From positions 262,570,001-262,634,000 of the forward strand of contig OZ024740.1 in assembly GCA_964016885.1 (NCBI GenBank): 64,000 nucleotides of DNA, given 5' to 3'. Positions 50,848 through 63,960 of this stretch are shown here, piece after piece (the first letter of the stretch is position 1; every line of letters starts with the position of its first letter). Source of the stretch: Eledone cirrhosa (Eukaryota). Below the pieces are notes generated by a model. The model made no database searches. It was not told the DNA's origin and worked only from the letters and a program-made list of their open reading frames with translations. The position numbers and the translations under genes were made by a program.

Positions 50848-50889
50848 CCGTAAGGATGAAAGGCAAAGTTAACTTCTAATAATAATAAG

Positions 50890-52046
50890 CAATGATATAT
50901 GTATGGAATTTGGTATCAATAATTGCGAGTCCTAGTGATGAAGCGGGGTAAATTGAGCAGAAGCAACGGAATCCAGGTACCAACAGGTGAGATGATAAAT
51001 AAAATTGACACTGAGGAGGGATACAAATATTTAGGTGTTCAGAAGCAGATGACATGAAGAACAAAAAGAAGTAGGAATAGATAAGATCTAAGTACATAAG
51101 GACAGTTAGGAGCGTATTAAAATCACATCTAAATAGTAGGAATGTCATAAGTGCAGTGAAATCCCGAGCTGTGTCTATTATTAGGTACAGTGCGGGAATT
51201 CTGAGATGGAATGTTGCTGAACAAAAAGAAATGGATAGGAAGACTAGGAAGCTATTGACTATCTACAACATGTTCCACAAGCGGAGTGATGTTGATAGAC
51301 TCTACTTAAGGAGGTCTGAAGGTGGAAGAGGTCTTATGAGCATAGAGGACTGTGTTCAGATGGAGAAAAACAACCTGCACAGTTGGAAGCCAATGATCAA
51401 CATTGTACTGAAGGAGAGGACAATAGACCATGGGGTCTCCACAGAGGAAATAACAAGGTGAAAAAACAACCTTCATGAAAAATACCTTCATGAAAAATAC
51501 CTTATTTAAGCAAACGGAATTTAGAGATCCAGACATGGAACTGGTTAAAAAGAGGAGACCTTAAAAAATCTACAGAAGGAATGCTAATGGCTGCATAAAA
51601 GCAAGCACTCAGAACGAAGTGAGCGAAATACCATATATACAAGGAGGAGACTAGCCCACTGTGTAGGATCTATGGAAAGAAAAAGGAACTGTGGCTCACA
51701 TTGTATCCGAGTGTAAAAACCTAGCCCAGACTCACTATAAAGGCTGGAGACACGATGTGATGGGCAGGGTGATCCACGGGCATCTATGCAAAGTAAACAA
51801 TTTACCACATTCTGAGAAAATTAACCGATACCAGGATTTAAAGTGGAAGTTAAAAAAGATTTGGAATTGCCATGAAATCAAGGTCGTTCCGGTTGTCATA
51901 GGCACACTAGGTACTATCTCAAGGAGTTTCCAATGATGGTTAAAGAATATTAGTCCAGCCTCGTTTTTTGGAACACTTCAAAGGCATGCTTGCTGGGAAC
52001 TGCAAGAAACCTCCGATATCTCCTGAATATCTGAGGCTGCAGGTAG
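50890..52046 (+). mobile_element. R4/Dong-like fragment, degraded with internal deletions
   Basis: RLYLRRSEGGRGL, RHD and KINRYQDL motifs. Confidence 0.88.
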
Positions 52047-52184
52047 CATATCTAGCATCTGCTTTCAAGAAACCACTGGTAAATGAAATAATTATCTTAT
52101 GTTATGTATTACATAACTAATAAGTACTGTAGCCTACATAGAGCACTCTTTTTTCCTGTACGTTTCCGACGGAATTACTTCATT

Positions 52185-52518
<334 letters not shown>

Positions 52519-52859
52519 ATATATATACACACACCCACGTATATATATATATATATATATTAGTGTGAGCCATAAAAAAGCAAGATCACAATACTAACGC
52601 TCCCTCTGTATTTTCCCATTATAAATGCCGCAATTGGTAAAATAAAACATATTTTGTATTAAATAAATTATTTTGAACCTTGCCTATATCATGGGGATTA
52701 TAGTGGAAAGTGTGATTATGTTGCATGAAATCATGAAAATGTGAAACCAAATATGACCATACAATAATTGTTTATTTTATTAATCCATTATATTTAGTAA
52801 ACCAGCTTTGAATATAAAGGTGTACAAGGCAGAAACAGTTTCAGTTAAGTTAACTCCAG

Positions 52860-53600
52860 TCATATTTTTTTCAGAGTTTCTTCTTTGAAATCCGGGACCT
52901 TGCGACGATTAGCTTCGACTACTTGAAGACCACACTACTTCTCCTCCTCATTCTTGGTGATGGCAACAAAATCAGTTATCAACTTGACAGCTCTCTTCGC
53001 TAGATCGTTGACTACCTTGATATTGTGAACAACAGCACAGGCATTTTGATATGACACTTGTGACGACCAAGTTGCAGGTGACAGTTCAAGCCAAGTATCG
53101 TCGAGACCAAGGAGATCGAACAGAAGCCTTGATTTCTTCCCAACTAGATGAGGCAGCTTCGTGGACGACTTCAACTCGGGAAATATTGGAGCACCACGGT
53201 CGAGAGGCCCAGACGTTTTCGTTTTGACAAGACGTTGGGCTATTTGTTTCTTCTCGGACTTGAAAACAGCGCTAGCGTCAGGTACCAAAGATACCTGCTC
53301 AGAGCAGTAGTGGCTGCCTGCGAGAGATCTCTGTTAACCTTACTGTACTGTGTCAACTTCTCGTAGAATTGAAGGTCATTGGCTGGTGCATAAGCACACT
53401 TGACTGCTGTGAGCCAGTATCGCACGTAGAATAGAACATTGAACATAAAGATCCGGCGCAACTTTTCCATTTTAGTTTGATCGTAATTGAGTCGCTCACC
53501 AAATGCATACATCTTTGCACTATAGATGATTGTGGATATCCACCGAGCGTTATGATGTGCACCAGGCGTTATAATGGCACCTGAGCCTCTAATGAACAAC
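52860..53600 (-). pseudogene. DNA transposase C-terminal fragment (hAT-superfamily-like, possibly hATm)
   Basis: PGAHHNARW...IYSAKMY, APANDL, YLWYL and VVNDLAKRAVKLITDF motifs across a frameshift. Family assignment is from memory. Confidence 0.65.
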
Positions 53601-53902
53601 CCAAATTCAAAGTTTATCCTCCCTACAAATGTAAAGACAACGCCACTCAGAATCTATGCATTAGCAAAGAATCATACTTTATGACAAAATACGAACCCTG
53701 TTTAAATGGATCCACCACAGACGAAATTACAACTGACATCCCAAAATAACACCAATGGATAAATTAAGAATCACAGTATTTCCTACAGAAATACTAAGAA
53801 AGATAGATATAGTAAGGAACATTCATTACTTCAGTTCAATTTTAGGTCACTCTACCATTAAGGTCAGTCCCATGGACAGCTTCTGTTACTACTACTAATA
53901 AT

Positions 53903-54087
53903 TGTTTCTACTTTTGGCACAAGGCCAGCAATTATCTCAGTATATTACTGGTACTTTATTTTATCGACCCCGTAAGGATGAAAGGCAAAGTTAACCTGGG
54001 CGGGATTTGAACTCATAGCATAAAGGGCCGTAACTCTTTGCTGCAAAGCATGGTGTCCGACCCTCTACCGATACTGACAATCCACCC
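53903..54087 (-). mobile_element. tRNA-derived SINE
   Basis: Same family, reverse orientation. Confidence 0.9.
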
Positions 54088-54266
54088 TACTAATAATAAT
54101 GATGTTACAACCACACCTTCTTCTTCTACTATTACTACTAGTACGGCTGCTATTGTAGTCACCAGCCACTCAAACAATCACAGGGAACAAGTCAATTACA
54201 GCTGCTACTACCACCAAACTAGCAAGAAGGAGAGAAAGAGAGAAAGAGATAAACGAAAATGTGAAC

Positions 54267-54389
<123 letters not shown>

Positions 54390-54409
54390 TTATTAAAATA
54401 ACAGATTAA

Positions 54410-54460
54410 AGTTTAAGCAAAGAATCGCTGCTTTCACCCTTAACGGGATCTTCTGAAACT
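54410..54460 (-). ncRNA. Degenerate type I hammerhead-like motif
   Basis: AGTTT-CAGAAGA-tCCC gttaa GGGt-GAAA-GCA...TGC-TT-AAACT; one core substitution (U4 to A). Confidence 0.4.
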
Positions 54461-54642
54461 AACAAAGTCAATCTGTAAACGCAGAAGTGGCTATTTCAAA
54501 AAACGTTGCAACCGGAGGAAGACAGGAAGACGATACTTTGGTTCGTGGAAACGTATTTGCTCTACGGTTCTTATATATTTGATATATATTTATCCTTATC
54601 GAGCCCTCTTTGGATTTTAGTCTTCAAATTTATTATTATTAC

Positions 54643-54730
<88 letters not shown>

Positions 54731-54884
54731 TTTGTTGGTTCACCAGTGGATAGAACTGGTCATTCCGTATGGTCAACAACCTCGATGTGATAATATGGAG
54801 TGCACTGAACGTAATTGAACTCACCCGTCTTCGTTTGTGTATTTGGTGGTGACAGTACGGAGTTAATTATTATAAAATAACAGG

Positions 54885-54922
<38 letters not shown>

Positions 54923-55355
54923 GTGTGTGTAAACTAAGATCTCTAACAACTTCTAATTAATAAACACCTTAATTTTATTATATACTTTTTATCATATTTC
55001 CTGTAGCAGGAAGAAGCTGAAATAACTATCGGCTGAACCCGGGACGATGAATTACTTTAAAAAAGATGTTTTGCTGTTATCCTATGAGAAAATCCCATTA
55101 GTATTTTCTACTTTTCTTATTTTCCTAATATATATATATATATACTATGTAGATTCCGGAATTGTATCGGAAGTAACCACAGTTAAAGAAGCTACTCAAT
55201 ACATTGGTAGAGTATAGGCATTTTTTTATTTTAAGTAGAAAATAATTTTACAGCACTTGAACTGATTCATTCGTATCAGACCTTTCTTGATGATTTTACA
55301 AGAATGAAACAGTTCTCCTTCAGTAGAAGCCCTTTGTCTCTCTCTCTCTCTCGCA

Positions 55356-55498
<143 letters not shown>

Positions 55499-55694
55499 AG
55501 AAAAACCACAGACCCTCCATCTCAACTCTACTTTTGAAAAGCAGAAGAACTGCGAAACCGGTAAAGGAACCAAATAAATATATATGTATTTTTAAAACAA
55601 TAAGACGTTGCATTTTCGATTTCATCTTTTTTTCTTGATATTTTTACTCATGTAGGACACCTCGGTTATTTTTCATTTTGTAAAAAAACCTCAC

Positions 55695-55771
<77 letters not shown>

Positions 55772-55913
55772 TGTATATATATATGAATGTATATATAGTG
55801 TATTTTGCAATACACTGTATGCTTAATTAAAAGCATTTCGAAGACCTTATGCTATTGTTTTAGAGTAGTAACAGTCTCACTTACTTCAAATTTTCAGCAA
55901 ACAGCATAGATAA

Positions 55914-55958
55914 AGCTGACAGAGTTATGTTTCGTACTGATTGGTACTTATCAAAGCC
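55914..55958 (-). ncRNA. Hammerhead ribozyme, U3-A8 variant (helix III partly mutated)
   Basis: GGCT-TTGATAA-GTACCAATCAGTAC-GAAA-CATAACTCTG-TC-AGCT. Confidence 0.7.
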
Positions 55959-56236
55959 ACGTACTCCACCTGTTTGCTGAAAATCATGAATGTTTGATTC
56001 TTATAGAATTTCTAGTAATAATCAGCAACTGATTATACAGAGCGGTTGCCGGTCAAGCAGAAATTGAAAATTAGAATTGGCGCTCTGAAATAGCGATATA
56101 TATATATGAATCTATATATAGTGTATTTTGCAATACACTGTATGCTTAATTAAAAGCATTTCGAAGACCTTATGCTATTGTTTTAGAGTAGTGACAGTCT
56201 CACTTACTTTAAATATTCAGCAAACAGGGGAGATAA

Positions 56237-56281
56237 AGCTGACAGAGCTATGTTTCGTACTGATTGGTACTTATCAAAGCC
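56237..56281 (-). ncRNA. Hammerhead ribozyme, U3-A8 variant
   Basis: GGCT-TTGATAA-GTACCAATCAGTAC-GAAA-CATAGCTCTG-TC-AGCT with an intact helix I extension. Confidence 0.75.
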
Positions 56282-56390
56282 AAGTACTCCACCTGTTTGC
56301 TGAAAATTATGAATGTTTGATTCCCCTGTTTGCTGATTATTACTAGTAATTCTATAAGAATCAAACATTCATGATTTTCAGCAAGTACTT

Positions 56391-56435
56391 GGCTTTGATA
56401 AGTACCAATCAGTACAAAACATAGCTCTGTCAGCT
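56391..56435 (+). pseudogene. Inactivated hammerhead copy (G12 to A)
   Basis: GAAA is replaced by AAAA and the helix I extension carries a deletion. Confidence 0.7.
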
Positions 56436-57559
56436 TTATGTCCCCTGTTTGCTGAACATTTAAAGTAAGTGAGACTGTCACTACTCTAAAACAATAGCAT
56501 AAGGTCTTCGAAATGCTTTTAATTAAGCATACAGTGTATTGCAAAGTACACTATATATATACCTTCATATATATATATCGCTATTTCAGAGCCCCATTTC
56601 TAACATATGCATATATAGGCTTGGCAACTTGTTGGTATAAGACGTGAATTGTCGTCTCTCCAGATTTAATTGTCGTCTCTCCAGATTTAATATATTAAAT
56701 CGACAGTAATCGGATTTATGTATGGTTTTAATTTTTCAGAAAACAAGGAAAACATACAAAAAAGATAAGTTTTTGTGCTTTGACGCAATTATTTTGAAGT
56801 ATATTTTACATATATTACCGTTTTAAACGTGTTTATTTTCACTGTGTGATACCTTCCTAGGAGACAACACACACACGTGCGTTCTATTTTTCTTGACTAC
56901 CATACAGAGCATACGTAATCTAATTTTAGTTTAACTTAAACAGATCTTGTATTATTTTGATTTTTCTGAGTAACATAATTTAATTTAATATAATCTTGTT
57001 TAATTTGGTATAATCTCATCTGTTTTTGACTCGGTTTTGTTGTTTCTTGTTTGATATGTTGATATTACAATAACTTCGTATATTTGTAAACAAACATTTA
57101 GATTCAACTTATATACAACTTACATCGTATTTCTATATCTCTATGATTCCGGTTTCTTCCATTCATTAATTTAATTTAAAATTTATTTTATATTTATGAA
57201 CTACTATTGCTCACACTGTCTCTATCTCTCTCCTTCCTTCCTCTCTCTCTCTCTCTCCCTCTCTCTCTCTCTCTAGATCAACGAGCTCTCTCTCTCCCTC
57301 TCCCTCTCTCTCCCTCACTCTCTATATATATATCCTCTCTCTCCCTCTGACCTCCCCCCTACTCTTCCCGCTATCTCTCTCGCTCCCCTCTTCTGTCTCT
57401 CCCCCTTTTCTTTTCTTTTCTTCTGTTTCTCTTTCTTTTTCTCGCTGGAGTTATATTTATCTCACTGGTGTTATATCTATATCTCCCTCCCTCCCTCTGT
57501 CCCTCTCTAACCTCTACCCTACACTTCCCACTGTCTCTCTTTCTCCCCTCCTCAGCGAA

Positions 57560-58501
57560 ATGGACTGCATGCAGGAAATAGGTGAAACTGGGAGTCAACG
57601 AAACTGGTCAAAGATGGAACTAGCGGTTTTGATCAAGGGGTGGACCATGGCTGATGGGTCTCCACCAATCAAAAAGATGGCGGAGAACCTGAAGAGCCAT
57701 GGGTTTCTGAGGACCCTGGCACAGATAGAGAGAAAGAGAAAAGAAATTGAGAAGGCGTATGTCCTCATAGCGCCACATATGGCGATGCTAAGCCGTGTCC
57801 TCAGGGAGGAGAAAACCGAAGGGAGGGACGAGGAGAAGGAGAGGGAAAAGGAGGAGGAAAAAGAAAAGGAGGAGAGCACAAGCACGGACCTGAAAGAAAA
57901 TGATATACCCTCCGCCACAGGCAGGGAGGGCAGGCCGGGCAACCAACAAGCTAAGGGCAAAGGTGAAAAGCAAAATCACCTTCCGAAGGAGAACCAAGCG
58001 CAGAGGGACCAGTGGACAACTGTTCAAAGGAAGAACAGAAAGCACCGAGACACTGGGAGCAAAAAACCCCAAGTAATGTGCAAGTTTTTCAAGAACGGGA
58101 CATGCTGGCATGGAGAGACAGGGATGGGATGCAGATTCGCCCACCCTAGGTCTCAAACGAACTATGCCCATCATACTCGCGCAACATGCCCCAGCCAAAG
58201 CCGAAATAAGCCGCTCCAGAAGTATGCTGATGTCGCGCGTGCCGCACCAACAAGGAGAAGCCACGCACATGCCGACGAGATACAGATGGCAGCAGCAGAT
58301 CAGAAACATTTTTTAGTGATGGCAGAGAAGATTGTGGGACAGCTGACCTGGCTGCATCGTCTCCAGAGCCAGGGTCATCCACACCAGCACTCGAGACCAC
58401 CGCAGTTAAGGGACCCAGAGTGGCCGCCGCTGACACCAGACCAGGTGTCATACCGACAGCTATTACTGGCACCCCAAAAGTCACACCAGTGCTGCTGCTG
58501 A
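57560..58501 (+). CDS. LINE ORF1 (313 aa): Myb/trihelix-like N-terminus, acidic linker, CCCH zinc finger
   Basis: WSKMELAVLIKGW...MAENLKSHGFLRTLAQIERKRKEIEKAY; CKFFKNGTCWHGETGMGCRFAH. Confidence 0.75.
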   Translation: MDCMQEIGETGSQRNWSKMELAVLIKGWTMADGSPPIKKMAENLKSHGFLRTLAQIERKRKEIEKAYVLIAPHMAMLSRVLREEKTEGRDEEKEREKEEEKEKEESTSTDLKENDIPSATGREGRPGNQQAKGKGEKQNHLPKENQAQRDQWTTVQRKNRKHRDTGSKKPQVMCKFFKNGTCWHGETGMGCRFAHPRSQTNYAHHTRATCPSQSRNKPLQKYADVARAAPTRRSHAHADEIQMAAADQKHFLVMAEKIVGQLTWLHRLQSQGHPHQHSRPPQLRDPEWPPLTPDQVSYRQLLLAPQKSHQCCC

Positions 58502-61430
58502 ATGTCAGGGGCCTGGTGAAACTCAGTAACATGAGTAAAATTTCCTATCTGGGAGACTTAGCCATAAGCAATCAAGCACTATGCATGGCACTAACCGAAA
58601 CGCACCTGACAAGCAGTATAGCAGATGCAGAAATACATATACCGAAATATACTGTATTTCGTTCGGACAGGAAGGAGAGAACTCATGGTGGGGTTGCTCT
58701 GTATATCCGTGAAGATGTCACACCAATTGTACTGTTGACACATTCAAACTCAGTCTGTGACACACTGATAATACATATGAAGCAACTACAGACAGTAATA
58801 TGTGTCACATATCGGCGGCCCGATGCCCCCAGTCATGAGGGTAAATTTGAGGATAGCCTAAGTAGGATAGAAGAGGTCCTTGACAAACTGGACCAGGGTC
58901 TCAACATCCTACTGCTGGGAGACTTCAACCTACCAAAGGTGAAATGGCCTGAGGTCCACCTCTTCCCTGGAATGACGTCAATAGAACAGAGACAGACGGA
59001 ATCCCTGCTGGCCCTCACACACAGGCTGTTCATGGAGCAAGCAATACTCCTCCCAACAAGAGGCGAAAATGTCCTGGACCTCTGTTTTACAAACAACGAA
59101 GTGCTCATCCACAATGTAAAGGTGACACCAACAATTCTCTCGGATCATAACTTAGTAGAGCTAATGATATGTGGTCCAGGAGAACCAACAGAGACAAAAC
59201 CACCAAGAAGCTCCAGGACCTTATCCAGCCTTAACTTCTACAAGGCTAACTGGAAAAAGATTAAGAGTGAAATCCGGAAGCAAACATGGAGTGAAAATAC
59301 CGCCACACAAGACACTAACACACAATTTCAACACTTCATGACAACGATACACACCATATGCAAAAAGTGTGTCCCGGAGAAAGAGGCAAACAGACACAAA
59401 AATCTTATTCCCAGAGATAGGAAAATCCTTATGAGCCGTAGAACTAAACTCTCAAACCAGTTGAATAGTCAACAAAACTAAAACAAGAAGGAATCTTATT
59501 TGAAACGTGCACTACTTGACACCGAGATTGCACTCAAACTTTCACATGAGAATGAAAGGGCAAAGAAAGAGAACAGGGCCATAGAAAACATTAAAACAAA
59601 CCCTAAGGCCTTCTTTAAATTTGCAAAAGAAACTGCCTCAGTACACTGCAAGATTGGGCCACTCTTCCACACGGACGGTTCATTAACCGAAAATCCCCAA
59701 GAGATATGTGAAATACTGAACGAACAGTACAAAAGTGTCTTCACATGTCCACTGAGGCACATGCAAATAACGAAGCCAGAGGAGTTCTTTGATGCCACAA
59801 CACTACATCAAGAAATGGCAACCATCAACCACATAGACATAACGGAGGAGGACGTGGTGTACGCCATTGATAAAATTAGAACAGACTCGGCTGCTGGACC
59901 TGATGGATTCCCAGCAGTTCTCTTAAAAATATGTAAGCGGGCCTTAGCAACTCCACTGAAGATGCTCTTCAGAAGCTCCTTGGCTAGCGGTGTACTACCC
60001 AGGGAGCTGAAAGAAGGCACAATATGCCCTATCCATAAAGGAGGTAGTAGAGCGGAGGCCAAGAACTATAGGCCAATCTCCGTGACGTCGCATATCAGTA
60101 AGGTCATGGAGCGAGTCGTCAGAAAGAAACTAAAGAAAATGACCGCCTGACTAGCACGCAACATGGCTTCCGCCCAGGAAGAAGCTGTCTTACACAGCTG
60201 CTACATCACTACGACTGGGTACTGAGACAACTACTAGACAGCTCACATGTGGACGTGATATATCTTGACTTTGCGAAGGCCTTTGACAAGGTCGACCACG
60301 GAATGATATGTCACAAACTACACGGACTCGGCATAACTGGAAAAGTAGGTGAGTGGCTGCATGGCTTCCTAAGGGACAGAAGCCAGGCAGTCGCAGCCAA
60401 TGGGGCCCACTCGAGGGAAACACCGATAACAAGTGGGGTGCCCCAGGGGACAGTCCGGGGACCACTACTGTTTTTGGTGGCTCTCTCGGACATGCCCTCT
60501 GTGGTGCATGCAACAACATCCCTCACTAGCTATGCTGATGACACTAAGGTAGCACAGTCAATCAAAAACCCGGCTGACGCTGCCCTTTTACAGCAGGATC
60601 TGGATGCCATATATAGATGGGCGGAAGAAAACAACATGCAGTTTAATGCTGGCAAATTCCAAGCCCTACAATACAAACCTGCAAACACAAATATAGTGGA
60701 ACACAGCTACACAGGACCAGGAGGGACCGATATCCCCGTGTCAAAATCGATACGAGACCTGGGCATAGACATGATGCATGTTTTTCTTCACACATCATGA
60801 AAATGGCGACAATGTGCAGACGACTCGCTGGCTGGATCTTGAGGAGTTTCCGGACAAGAGATCGAGACACCATGTTGACACTGTGGAGGACTTTTGTCCT
60901 AAGCCGCCTGGACTACTGCTCCCAGTTGTGGTCACCCCATAGTGTCAAACTAACCACGGAGCTTGAGGCAATCCAGCGAAGCTACACCAAGAGGATTGCC
61001 AAGATGAGGGAGACAAGCTACTGGGAGAGGCTAAAGGAACTGAACCTCTACTCCTTGGAGCGAAGACGGGAGAGATACGCAGTGATCTACATGTGGAAAA
61101 TCCTGGAGGGACTAGCACCAAACTTTGTCATTGGGAGCTGGACCAACCGTCGAACAGGACGTCACTGTGTGGTGCCAAAGGCCCCGTCTTCCACATCTAG
61201 AATAATGAGCAGGTATTGCAATAGCCTGGGATTCAAGGGCCCTCAACTCTTCAACATGCTGCGAGGCATCTGAGAGACTTGCATGACGTGGAGGTGGATG
61301 TCTTTAAGAAACATCTCGACACCTTGTTATCCAGGTTCCCGGATGAGCCCACAGCAAGACACGAGGGAAACCTAAGGGCAGCAGCAACAAACTCTCTCTT
61401 ACACCAGTGGCCAACCTATACAGGCTGGAG
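58486..61430 (+). pseudogene. CR1-like ORF2 (APE endonuclease plus RT) with stops and frameshifts
   Basis: LNVRGL, ETHL, GDFNLP, LDL, SDH; YLDFAKAFDKVDH, GVPQG, YADD; RLDYCSQLWSP, LYSLERRR. Confidence 0.9.
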
Positions 61431-61507
61431 ATAAAATGTGTAGCAACAAGGGCGGTGCCCCAGCATGGCCTCAGCCGGATGACTGAAACAGGTAAAAGAG
61501 TAAAAGA

Positions 61508-61563
<56 letters not shown>

Positions 61564-62040
61564 CGAGATTGGCAGACTGAATGAGTTGGTGCCAAATGCA
61601 ACGAAACTTAAGTATCTGCATAATGTCGCTTTTGTAACTGATCACATATATATATATAGTGCATTGTTGCATAAAACATGCAGACAGTAGATGCTATACG
61701 CTTTCTTGCTGCATTAAGTGTGGCCGAATTTCGTGTACGTGTATAGATTTTTTTGTACCCATTTACGCGTGTTGTATTGAAGCAATTAACTTTGTGTCTA
61801 TTCTGGGATTTTTACATAATCTTACGTATTGACTAAGCTGAGATGCAACCAGTAGTAGCAGGGAAACTTATGCTAATCTCGACAAAATCTTATTTTATAT
61901 ATATATATAACAATTAAATCAAGTAAGAATCATTAACACCACTTGGTAAGTACAATTGACATGAACAACTTTTGTTCATTTTTGTTCATTTCTTATATCT
62001 CTGCACATACATAGAACACAAAAGTTTGTCTTTACATAAT

Positions 62041-62228
62041 TGTTTCTACTTTTGGCACAAGGCCAGCAATTATCCCAGTGTATTATTGGTACTTTATTTT
62101 ATCGACCCCGTAAGGATGATAGGCAAAGTTAACATTGGCGGGATTTGAACTCAGACCATAAAGGGCCGTAACTCTTTGCTGAAGCATGGCGTCCGACCCT
62201 CTACCGATACTGCCAATCCACCGCCTTA
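62041..62228 (-). mobile_element. tRNA-derived SINE
   Basis: Same family, reverse orientation. Confidence 0.9.
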
Positions 62229-62731
62229 TCTTTACATACTGGTGTATCATTTATACTTTAGTTTGCCTTATATTGGTGACTTTGTTATAATGTAAGATAT
62301 ACCTACATTAAATTTGTGTTAGACCCCATTACATACGGTATACTATTCAGAAATATTAATTATTCAGAATATATTTGCTCTTTGCAAAGCTATTCTAAAG
62401 CAGAGGAATTATAAATAATAAGTCTCCCGGGTTATTTCACCCGGCGTATTCAACTATCATTTATAATTCATCTGCATTAACAACTTAGCAAAAACAACAA
62501 ATATATTTTCAACTCACCAGCGACTACATTATCTAGATAACATTGGTTATTTCAGTCGGCGACTATATGTATATATATATACATATTGTTATATTTGAGG
62601 ATGGTCATTCTGCCAATATTACTAATAGAGAGAAACATGCTTTCTGAAGATGTATGATAAATAATTGAACAATATATATTGTAGTCAGCATATGTAGACT
62701 ACTATAATAGTTTCTGAAACATATGTTAATA

Positions 62732-63960
62732 CTAGCGGCCTCCCGGCCTTCGCCCTTATTTATAAGGCACACATTGTCTCTATTTATCACATTGTCAATT
62801 TCCATAGAAATAAAAGATTTTAAAAGGTAATTAATTATTGCATAACATAACTTGAAACATTTATGTAGAATATCTAAATAAGTAGAAATTCTACAGAAAT
62901 GTAAAAAGTAATAAAAAATAATACAAAAATGTATTCTACGAAAATTATAAGACATTTACAGAACTTCAGTATATACTATGTTTTTAACATTTTTTAAGCA
63001 TATATGAAGAGTTTGTGGGGGCTTCCTACTCTGGAACAACCTACATACAATTGATCATGTGAGGAACAGCCCTCTTCTAGATGGAGACCGACAACCTGCA
63101 GTGTTTGAGCGTGGAACATGTTGATAGTCACTGCGTAACTGACTCCCGCTAGGAATTGAAATCGTTTGACAGGAAAGGAGACATCTGTTGGTATTAGCAG
63201 TATTCTAGGTATAAATATATCTCCCTGACCACACCCAGTGAAGATATTCGCTTCGATAATCTTAGGCTGTTGCTCAAGCACAACCATACGTGTCCCATTG
63301 CACAATCATGGCTGTGACATTCTTCAATTGAACGTCGTGTGGCAGCATACCGGACGGTTCTAGGGAGTTTAGAAATTGTGATGTTTTAGAGGGCAAGAAT
63401 TGCTCTTTCACACAGCCACACCTTGTTGGAATGGTGGATTTTGAAACTGGTGAATACTTGATTAAGTTTACAACGTTTTCCACAACAGTAAATGATGAAT
63501 GATGAAAACATCCTTCAGTACCAAGGGTTTGCCCTTCTATAAATGTAAACGGCTGAGAGGTGCTTATCTGTAACTCCGAGCGCTCATTCACTCCTTGCTT
63601 CTGTTTGCGGAAAAAAAGCGCCGTTGACGAGTGTGTCGGATGTAGATCAATCAAAAACAAACAAAAAAAGCTAACAAAGAAAAAATTCCCACAGAAGAAA
63701 TCTCCTAGGCTGGGAAAATTGTTGGATCAGCCAGTGCCCATCTCTCTACAGCTGATATATCGGCCATGTTGGAAGTTGGTCACCTCGTCGAACACATTCC
63801 ATTTTTATAGTGCAAAGAGGGCAGCTTCGGAACCATTGTTAATGTGTTTGCACGCATATTTTATATCCCTCCCATCCCATTTTCTGGGACAAAGGCGATT
63901 GTGAACATGTTGGAGGTCACATTAGTTGAAAACAGGAAAAAGACCTCGGATAAAAGTCTT
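62732..63960 (-). mobile_element. Helitron remnant (RepHel fragments and 3' terminus)
   Basis: PIF1-like motifs FLNSLEPSG, CNGTR, FIPRI, AVTIN and QLYVGCSRV; Rep-region IKYACKH...DEVTNFQHGRYIS at ~63740-63870; GC-rich end ...GGCGAAGGCCGGGAGGCCGCTAG followed by T. Confidence 0.85.

Larger units (their letters stand above)
55766..56603. repeat. Hammerhead repeat locus 2: ~323-bp tandem units plus an inverted unit, in (TA)n
   Basis: Cores at 55914-55958 (-), 56237-56281 (-) and 56391-56435 (+). Confidence 0.9.
57540..61510 (+). mobile_element. CR1/L2-group LINE, near full-length, ORF2 disrupted
   Basis: ORF1 plus APE/RT ORF2; 3' tail of GTAAAAGA repeats followed by (TA)n. Confidence 0.9.

Noticed and set aside
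55542-55563. Minimal hammerhead-like CAGAAGA-actgc-GAAA-CCGG-TA
   Set aside because: Core substitution and no helix I pairing; may be chance.
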